A stretch of DNA of 42,863 bases from an uncultured Bacilli bacterium (GTDB taxonomy: Bacteria > Bacillota_I > Bacilli_A > RF39 > UBA660), in contig CALVKJ010000003.1 of the NCBI GenBank assembly GCA_944332675.1, positions 1 through 42,863 of the forward strand. The letters run 5' to 3'. The position numbers were made by a program, and so were the translations under genes. Below are positions 36,831 to 42,863 of this stretch, one piece after another. The notes beneath the pieces are model-generated. The model was not told the origin of the DNA. It saw nothing but the letters and a program-made list of their open reading frames with translations, and searched no databases. Position 1 is the first letter of the stretch. Every line of letters starts with the position of its first letter.

Positions 36831-37178
36831 TTTTTAGGCAAATGCTGCATAAGTAAGTTATGTAGAGGAAAGTCCATGCTCGCACAATCTGTGATTGATT
36901 GTAGTGTTCGTGCCTAAGGAAACAATAACTTAGGGTAGCGCAAGCTAACGGCTTTGAAAAGACCTTAAATGGTCTTAGTAGATATAAAAGTGCCATAGAG
37001 ACGAGTTGCTTTGGAAACGAAGCAAGTGGAACGCGGTAAACCCCACGAGCGAGAAACCCAAATTTTGGTAGGGGAGCTTTTGCGGAGAAATCAAACAATG
37101 CAAGAGCCTAGTAATAGGAGATAAATATTTGCCACTTTACGTAAGTAGAGTACAGAACATGGCTTATTAAAAATTATT
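36826..37178 (+). ncRNA. rnpB: RNase P RNA, bacterial type B
   Basis: GAGGAAAGTCCATGCTCGCAC, GTAGTGTTCGTGCCTAAGGAAAC, GGTAAACCCCACGAGCGAGAAACCC, ACAGAACATGGCTTA. The P1 stem AATAATTTTTA (36826-36836) pairs with TAAAAATTATT (37168-37178). Ends are +/- a few nt. Confidence 0.92.
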
Positions 37179-37211
37179 TTTTTATTTTCAAGAAAAAAGG
37201 AGTGGAAAGTT

Positions 37212-37685
37212 TTGAACGAGATCGGTGAAGCCCTCAAGTATGCGAGAGAATCTTCGGGTGTTAGTTTGAGTGAAGCCAGCAAAGATCTAAGTATTAAACC
37301 AGAAATACTCGAAAATATTGAAGATGGTAGAACAGGAGCTTTTAAAGACATTTATGAACTCAAAGAATATATATCTAATTATGCTAAATATTTAGGTTTA
37401 GATGAAAAAGCTTTAATTGATGAGTTTAATGAATATATGTTTGAATATACTTCGAAAATACCAATCAAAGAGATTGAAAAGACAATTGAGTTAAAGATTA
37501 AAGAAGAAAAGAAAGATGAAAAGATAGTATCACCATATACTAAAGAAAAGAAAAAATATAATAATTGGGTATATGTAGTGGTTTATGCAGTAATATTTCT
37601 AATGATTATAGCAGCGATATTTTGGTCAGTAAAACAAGTTACGATTAATAGAAATGTTGCTGATGTCATTAGTTATAGGAGATAG
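37212..37685 (+). CDS. rodZ: RodZ-like HTH (XRE-type) membrane protein
   Basis: IGEALKYARESSGVSLSEASKDLSIKPEILENIE, then a TM helix VYVVVYAVIFLMIIAAIFW. Position upstream of pgsA matches Bacillus ymfM. TTG start. Confidence 0.7.
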   Translation: MNEIGEALKYARESSGVSLSEASKDLSIKPEILENIEDGRTGAFKDIYELKEYISNYAKYLGLDEKALIDEFNEYMFEYTSKIPIKEIEKTIELKIKEEKKDEKIVSPYTKEKKKYNNWVYVVVYAVIFLMIIAAIFWSVKQVTINRNVADVISYRR

Positions 37686-37690
37686 TTGTT

Positions 37691-38311
37691 ATGAAAAATA
37701 TGAATTTGCCAAATAAAATTACGGTAGTTAGAATTATTTTGTCAGTTTTAATATTGATTATTTTATTAATTCCTTGGTATTCTTTAGGTGTTGAATGGCC
37801 CAAGTATACAATAGGAAATGTTATTGTAGATATTAAATATGTTGTAGTAGGAGTGTTATTCTTAATTGCATCATTGTCGGACTTTTTAGATGGTTATTTG
37901 GCACGGAAAAACAATCAAGTAACTGATTTTGGGAAGGTTGCTGATGCCATTGCTGATAAAATATTAGTAAATGGTTTATTAATAATATTAGCTTATGAAA
38001 GAATTATTTCAATAATTATTCCTGTAGTAATTATTACAAGAGATATTGTAGTTGATTCTTGTAAAATGATTTCTGGAAACAATGGTAAGGTAGTTGCGGC
38101 ATCAATTATGGGAAAACTTAAAACTATTTGTATGATGTGCGGTGTAACTTTGATATTATTTTATAATTTACCATTTGAACTTATCAATTTCCCACTTGCT
38201 GATTTATTCTTAATCGCAGCAACAATACTTTCAGTTATATCTGGTTGTCAGTATTATTATAATTCAAGAGAGTTTTTGTTTCCAAAAAATACTAAAGCAG
38301 CTAAAAAATAG
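37691..38311 (+). CDS. pgsA: CDP-diacylglycerol--glycerol-3-phosphate 3-phosphatidyltransferase
   Basis: NLPNKITVVRI and the CDP-alcohol transferase motif DFLDGYLARKNNQVTDFGKVADAIADK. Confidence 0.92.
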   Translation: MKNMNLPNKITVVRIILSVLILIILLIPWYSLGVEWPKYTIGNVIVDIKYVVVGVLFLIASLSDFLDGYLARKNNQVTDFGKVADAIADKILVNGLLIILAYERIISIIIPVVIITRDIVVDSCKMISGNNGKVVAASIMGKLKTICMMCGVTLILFYNLPFELINFPLADLFLIAATILSVISGCQYYYNSREFLFPKNTKAAKK

Positions 38312-38322
38312 TTGCTTTTTTT
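38296..38322 (+). terminator. Rho-independent terminator after pgsA
   Basis: AGCAGCTA-loop-TAGTTGCT (one G-U pair) followed by TTTTTT. Confidence 0.65.
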
Positions 38323-38336
38323 GTGCTTCAACCTAG

Positions 38337-38363
38337 ACATTTTTTAGAATTAGTCATAGGATA
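38337..38363 (+). promoter_or_regulatory. Possible sigma-K-like (late mother-cell) promoter
   Basis: AC (38337-38338), 16 nt spacer, CATAGGATA (38355-38363), which fits AC-16/17-CATAnnnTA. The match is short and could be chance. Confidence 0.3.
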
Positions 38364-38385
38364 CACTAGAAAGGAATGGAGATAT

Positions 38386-38709
38386 ATGAATTATTATAAT
38401 GAATCGAAGACTTATGAATCTGAAACTAAGAAAGGTTATGATAAAACAAATATGCAAGCAGGAATGGATGGTGCTACTTGTTGTTCAGGAATGATGGGTA
38501 TGCCTGGTTGTGGTTGTGGTATGATGCCTATTTATGAATGCCCACAAGAAAGAGTATGTCATAGATATATATGCTATGATGTGCCACATATTATGCCATG
38601 TAATACGAGAATAATTAATCACCATGTATATAGACATACTTATAGACCAGAATATACTTATTGTGAAGAAAATGTTTGTGAAAATGTTTATGATCGTGGA
38701 TGTTGTTAA
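38386..38709 (+). CDS. Cys/His/Tyr-rich CotD-like spore coat protein
   Basis: VPHIMPCNTRIINHHVYRHTYRPEY resembles the CotD repeat (HP.HT..VNH..F.H.H.FPH). Many Cys, ending in CC. ATG 38386 follows GGAATGGAGA. Confidence 0.5.
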   Translation: MNYYNESKTYESETKKGYDKTNMQAGMDGATCCSGMMGMPGCGCGMMPIYECPQERVCHRYICYDVPHIMPCNTRIINHHVYRHTYRPEYTYCEENVCENVYDRGCC

Positions 38710-38721
38710 AAAATTTTAATG

Positions 38722-38746
38722 GATGAGAGGCTTTTCTCATCTTTTT
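38722..38746 (+). terminator. Rho-independent terminator
   Basis: GATGAGA-ggcttt-TCTCATC followed by TTTTT. Confidence 0.7.
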
Positions 38747-38795
38747 ATTTTGATAAAATTGGTTATTGTGTTATTATATTGTTGTGGAGGAAATA

Positions 38796-39227
38796 ATGGA
38801 AAGAATAACAAATTTTGAAGAATTAAAAAATCGTTTAGTAGAAATGATTAGCAAAGGGATAGAAGTTGAAGAAGGAGTATATCGTAAGATGGATCCGATG
38901 GATTATTATGATATTACAGAAATTGAACCGAAAAAACTATATCAAACACTAAAGGAAAATATTAGCTTAACACCACATGAAAGAAGTGTAATTATCTCAT
39001 ATGCTGCTAAATGTAATTCTATTGCAACAGCTTTACCAAAGGATGTGTTTGTTAAAAGAATAATGGATGAAAAACTTATAATTAAAGGTGTAGAAATAAG
39101 TCCAGAAATGAAAGAAGAAGCTGTATCTTTTATGGAAAATAATGATATTCCTTTTGCTTATTATAATTATGTTTCTTATATAAGAAGAGTTGTTGATCAA
39201 TTAGTTACTGATGTAAAAAGAGATTAA
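38796..39227 (+). CDS. Hypothetical protein
   Basis: ATG 38796 follows GGAGGA. 143 aa soluble protein. No family recognised. Confidence 0.5.
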   Translation: MERITNFEELKNRLVEMISKGIEVEEGVYRKMDPMDYYDITEIEPKKLYQTLKENISLTPHERSVIISYAAKCNSIATALPKDVFVKRIMDEKLIIKGVEISPEMKEEAVSFMENNDIPFAYYNYVSYIRRVVDQLVTDVKRD

Positions 39228-39311
39228 TGCTCTTTTTTTAATGTTTTATTTATTTAGCATAGAAAACTTAGGAGATTTATTATATAATATTAGATGATGA
39301 GGTGAAATATA

Positions 39312-40283
39312 GTGAATATATTTGGTGAGTATCAAGATTATTTAGAGAAACTAAATAAAGAAAAATTACAAAGTATTATTGATGATTATAACTTATTAGG
39401 TAAGGTATTTAACTATGAAAGTATCAATACTAAAAGACAAAAGAAAGAAGATTTGTTAAAACAAATAGCAGAAATAAAGGACAATTATTTCAAATGTTTT
39501 GTAATGTCTTTAGATTTAAAAGATTTTAATACATTAAAACAGTTAGTGTTTAAAAAAGTAAATGATGATTATTTAAAAGAAAATAGGGAGTTTATCAATT
39601 ATTTACTTGCTAAGAATATTTTATTTCAAGAACAAGAGTTAATGTTAGCTTGGGATATTAGTGATTTATTAAAGAAATTAGTTAAAGATAAAGAAGTTAT
39701 AAAATATGTTAAAACTTGGAATAGAATTTATAAATTAGTTGATGGAATAATTGTTGCTTATGGAGTTGTAAGTAGAAAATATTTTGATATTATAGTAAGT
39801 GGGATAGATAATCATGAGCAAATAATTCCTAAATTAGAATATTATTATAAAAAAGAATATTTAATAGATAGTAAAAAAATAATGAGTACTAAACTTACTA
39901 ACAAGAAAAGAATTAATAGATATGTAAAAAATGATAAATATAAAATGTTTACAAATAAAGAATTTGTGGAAATGGGTAATAGTACTTATCATCACGGAAT
40001 AAAAAGCTATAAAAGATTTATTAAAATGCTTAAAAATAATTATGTATTTCGTAATAGTGATATAGAGTTTGTCGATAAAAATATTGTTATACCGTATTTA
40101 TATAATTCTTTAAATGAAGAAGATGAAGCTCAAAAGAATTTGGAAGAAACGGTTATAACATTATTTGAATTTAAGGGAGATAAATTAAAACAAAAAATGC
40201 TTGCGGAAATTATGAAAATTAGAGATGAATTTCCTTTGTGGGAATATAGAGGATTTTCTAAGTTAGAGGTGAATAATGAATAA
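39312..40283 (+). CDS. Hypothetical protein (323 aa, Lys-rich, helical)
   Basis: GTG start after GAGGTGA. Its 3' end overlaps the start of the prepilin-type gene by 8 nt. No family recognised. Confidence 0.5.
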   Translation: MNIFGEYQDYLEKLNKEKLQSIIDDYNLLGKVFNYESINTKRQKKEDLLKQIAEIKDNYFKCFVMSLDLKDFNTLKQLVFKKVNDDYLKENREFINYLLAKNILFQEQELMLAWDISDLLKKLVKDKEVIKYVKTWNRIYKLVDGIIVAYGVVSRKYFDIIVSGIDNHEQIIPKLEYYYKKEYLIDSKKIMSTKLTNKKRINRYVKNDKYKMFTNKEFVEMGNSTYHHGIKSYKRFIKMLKNNYVFRNSDIEFVDKNIVIPYLYNSLNEEDEAQKNLEETVITLFEFKGDKLKQKMLAEIMKIRDEFPLWEYRGFSKLEVNNE

Positions 40284-40644
40284 TAAAAAGGGGTATACAG
40301 CAGTAGAACTTGTGATAGTTATTGCAGTATTTACTGTTGGTTATTTTGTTACAGCTAATCTTTTGTCGCGAGATTTTGATGTTGATTATGAACAAGATTT
40401 ATATGATTTAAAGATTGCAGCGATTGAAGAACAAGCTGCCATATATGGTGAGGCTCATACAGAAATTTTTGCTGAAGGTAATGATGCCTATATGACAGTT
40501 GAAGAGTTGGCACTAGAAAATGTCATAATAAGTACTAGTGAAGGAGTAGTAGCTGATCCTAGAAATAGTGAAGAAACTTTAAATGATTTACGGGTAAAAA
40601 TTACCAGTAATGATGATGAAGTAACTGCTGAAGTTTTAGCATAG
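40276..40644 (+). CDS. Prepilin-type N-terminal cleavage/methylation domain protein (pseudopilin-like)
   Basis: MNNKKG/YTAVELVIVIAVFTVGYFV: Gly at -1, Glu at +5 and a hydrophobic helix, the class III signal. 122 aa with an acidic C-terminal part. Confidence 0.75.
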   Translation: MNNKKGYTAVELVIVIAVFTVGYFVTANLLSRDFDVDYEQDLYDLKIAAIEEQAAIYGEAHTEIFAEGNDAYMTVEELALENVIISTSEGVVADPRNSEETLNDLRVKITSNDDEVTAEVLA

Positions 40645-40651
40645 AGGTATT

Positions 40652-42529
40652 ATGGCAGTAACTAAAACAGATTTTATAAATTATACAAGATGTCGTAGAT
40701 ATGTGGCATTAGAAGAAGTAAAGCACGAAAAGCTAGATGCTGATATTAGTTATGATGAATACAAGAATCAAGAAAAAGAAGATATTTTGAAAGAACTTTT
40801 GGGGGAAATGTTTGCAGATGAAGGATATGAAGTTGATTTAACAGTAAAGGTTAATAAACAATTGCAAGCAATGATGCCTTATTATAAACAAGTTGAAATG
40901 GAAGCTGGTAGACTTACTAATGAATATTTTAAAGGTAAGTCTGTTTATGCTGGATCGACATTTAATCAAGAAAGTTTTGAATTTAATAAAAATGGTATTA
41001 AATATGTTTGTTATGTCGATATATATAATGAAGTTGGTAATGATATAAATATTATTGAAGTTAAAGCAACGACGAGTAGTAAATATGTTAAGTTAGAAAG
41101 TAACCATAAAAAGGGAGAAAAATATTCGATATTTTATTTTGATAAAAGTAAAAATTGTTATTATTTGAAAGATGAAATTGAAGGATATCCTTTGGAAAGT
41201 GAAATGCCTTTAGAAAATTATGCCAAAAAAAGAGAGAAATTGTTTGATCGCTATAGTGATGTTGGGGGTTATGTATTCGATTTAGCTATTCAAAGATATA
41301 TTTTAGAAGGAGAATATAGGGAATCTCATAATGAAGAAGCTTTAAAAAATGTCCATTATTATTTAGCGGTTTTAAATCATAAATATATTTTTGATGGCAC
41401 TTATGAAAATAAAAAGGCTGTTTATAAACCTGATCCTGATGGTAATGAAATAGTAGTATTTATCGATTTAACAAAAGTAACGGAAGAATATCAAAAAATT
41501 ATTGCAGCGATGGAAGAAAAGTTAGAGCGAGATATATTTGCACTTGATGCTAGTAGTTGTCCAATGGGAAAATGGTGTAGTATAAAAGATCCGAAAGAAT
41601 GTCCTTATTTTAGTACTGTTTGTGGTTATATGATACCTCTTAAAAATTCTAGTTTAAATTATTTAAATAATGGGGCAGGTTTTAAAACTTTAGATGGTGA
41701 AAAAATTAAAGGACTTGATTTAATTAATGAGGGTTATATCAATATGCTAGATGTTCCTGAAGAGTGGATTACTAGCAAGAAACATCAAATTCAAAGAGAT
41801 TGTCTTAGATTTAATCGCGAATATATTGATAAAGAAAAAATCCAAGCAGGTCTTAATTGTTTGGAGTATCCAATTTATCACTTGGATTTTGAAACGATGC
41901 CTTGTCCAATGCCGAGGTTTAAAGGGGAAAAGCCATATATTCAATCGCCATTTGAGTTTAGTTTGCATATAGAGCGCGAGCCGGGAGTTTGTGATAAAGA
42001 AAATGATAATTATATATTCTTAGCAAAAACTTTCGATAATGATGAAAGAGAAGAATTGGTTAAAGCATTATGTAAATATATTGATCCCTCAAAGGGAACT
42101 TTATTTGCACAGAATGTCGGATTTGAAAAGGGACGTATTAAAGAATTAGCGGGTATATTTCCAGAGTATAAAGATAAATTGATGGCAATGTATAATCGAG
42201 GATTTGATTTAATGTGGCTTGTCAATACTAATGCAGCTTTATATGAAGAATTAGGATTTGATAAAGAAAGAGCAAGTTTACCAAATTATTATAATAAGGA
42301 TTTGAGTGGTTCTTATTCTATAAAGAAGACTTTGCCAGTATTTAGTGATCTATCTTATAAAGATTTAACTGTTAAGAATGGAACTGAGGCAATAGTTGCT
42401 TATGCTACTTATAATAGTATGACTAAAGAGGAATATGATTTATACTATGAGGCATTAAGAATATATTGTCAACAAGATACGTGGGCAATGGTTGTTATAC
42501 TTGAGGCATTACGAAAACTTTGTCAATAA
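40652..42529 (+). CDS. DUF2779-like protein: N-terminal PD-(D/E)XK/Cas4-like nuclease with a Cys cluster, plus a C-terminal DnaQ-like 3'-5' exonuclease domain
   Basis: N-terminus TKTDFINYTRCRRY. VDIYNE...IIEVKAT (D...ExK). CPMGKWCSIKDPKECPYFSTVC (C-x5-C-x7-C-x6-C). YHLDFET, NVGFEKGRI and YCQQDTWAM (DEDDy-like). Confidence 0.65.
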   Translation: MAVTKTDFINYTRCRRYVALEEVKHEKLDADISYDEYKNQEKEDILKELLGEMFADEGYEVDLTVKVNKQLQAMMPYYKQVEMEAGRLTNEYFKGKSVYAGSTFNQESFEFNKNGIKYVCYVDIYNEVGNDINIIEVKATTSSKYVKLESNHKKGEKYSIFYFDKSKNCYYLKDEIEGYPLESEMPLENYAKKREKLFDRYSDVGGYVFDLAIQRYILEGEYRESHNEEALKNVHYYLAVLNHKYIFDGTYENKKAVYKPDPDGNEIVVFIDLTKVTEEYQKIIAAMEEKLERDIFALDASSCPMGKWCSIKDPKECPYFSTVCGYMIPLKNSSLNYLNNGAGFKTLDGEKIKGLDLINEGYINMLDVPEEWITSKKHQIQRDCLRFNREYIDKEKIQAGLNCLEYPIYHLDFETMPCPMPRFKGEKPYIQSPFEFSLHIEREPGVCDKENDNYIFLAKTFDNDEREELVKALCKYIDPSKGTLFAQNVGFEKGRIKELAGIFPEYKDKLMAMYNRGFDLMWLVNTNAALYEELGFDKERASLPNYYNKDLSGSYSIKKTLPVFSDLSYKDLTVKNGTEAIVAYATYNSMTKEEYDLYYEALRIYCQQDTWAMVVILEALRKLCQ

Positions 42530-42608
42530 TGTGTCAAATTTTGGGGTTTTGCTTGCATTAATTAGAAAAAAGTATATATTATAATAGTATGAAGAAGGAA
42601 GTGGGTTT

Positions 42609-42815
42609 ATGTTATATCCATCAATTGACAAATTACTTAATATTGTCGATTCAAAGTATAAACTAGTTCATGTTGCTTCAATTAGAAGTAAACAAATGCT
42701 TGAAAATAATCACTATCAAATGAAAGAAAGTGATTATAAAAATAAGAAACCTTTAGGTAGAGCACTTGAAGAAGTTGAAGCAGGATTAATAAAAATTGTT
42801 GAAGAAAACGAATAA
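42609..42815 (+). CDS. rpoZ: DNA-directed RNA polymerase subunit omega
   Basis: MLYPSIDKLLNIVDSKYKLVHVASIRSKQM is the canonical RpoZ N-terminus. 68 aa. AAGGAAG SD. Confidence 0.88.
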   Translation: MLYPSIDKLLNIVDSKYKLVHVASIRSKQMLENNHYQMKESDYKNKKPLGRALEEVEAGLIKIVEENE

Positions 42816-42863
42816 AAGTGCTTGATTATTTTATCATAATATGGTAAGATAATTTTGTTCTTG

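Noticed and set aside
36790-37351. Two minus-strand ORFs (36790..37098 and 37091..37351).
   Set aside because: They lie antisense to the RNase P RNA gene and to the 5' end of the rodZ-like gene. They have no SD, and their composition is explained by the RNA gene, so they are spurious.
41747-41972. A pair of overlapping 73-aa ORFs on both strands inside the DUF2779-like gene, plus the other short antisense ORFs in the track (e.g. 982..1197, 1687..1968, 2679..2903, 3989..4228, 5238..5471, 7011..7497, 8570..8875, 9892..10110, 16611..17164, 25341..25877, 34909..35106, 42010..42225).
   Set aside because: All are embedded in, or antisense to, long well-supported genes. They lack SD sequences and have the low-complexity Ile/Leu/Phe/Ser composition expected from AT-rich antisense frames.
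1-42863. I considered an alternative genetic code (TGA = Trp, as in Mollicutes) because of the very low G+C.
   Set aside because: Conserved genes end at TGA where homologs end (e.g. 1602-1604, 17863-17865), and none of the recognised proteins needs TGA read-through.

Overview
This is an AT-rich chromosomal segment (roughly 28-30% G+C by eye) from a low-GC Firmicute using the standard code (TGA acts as a stop). Most of it is core housekeeping. The order dnaD-nth / ponA-recU / gpsB-rnpB / rodZ-pgsA matches Bacillus-type synteny. Also present are sufS-sufU, a Ser T-box leader ahead of an M19 dipeptidase-like gene and serS, miaB, gmk, scpA-scpB, a Sir2 deacylase, dCMP deaminase, sortase B, class I aldolase, cca and rpoZ. 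RNA genes are tRNA-Met(CAU), tRNA-Leu(CAA) and type-B RNase P RNA. The left edge is the end of a type I R-M locus: the 3' part of an hsdS gene plus a tandem half-size hsdS. I saw no transposase, integrase, CRISPR array or complete defence operon. Four things deserve a second look. (1) An unannotated 27-codon hydrophobic ORF faces a convergent small terminated transcript between tRNA-Met and gmk, a candidate type I toxin-antitoxin. (2) A sharply G+C- and CpG-rich 105-nt patch plus a GC-only hairpin sits at the 3' end of a secreted lectin-like protein gene, whose decayed paralog elsewhere in the window is AT-rich at the same place. (3) An orphan prepilin-type gene is translationally linked to a DUF2779-like dual nuclease. 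(4) Several structured leaders and repeats. All product calls come from motif recognition by eye; no searches were run.
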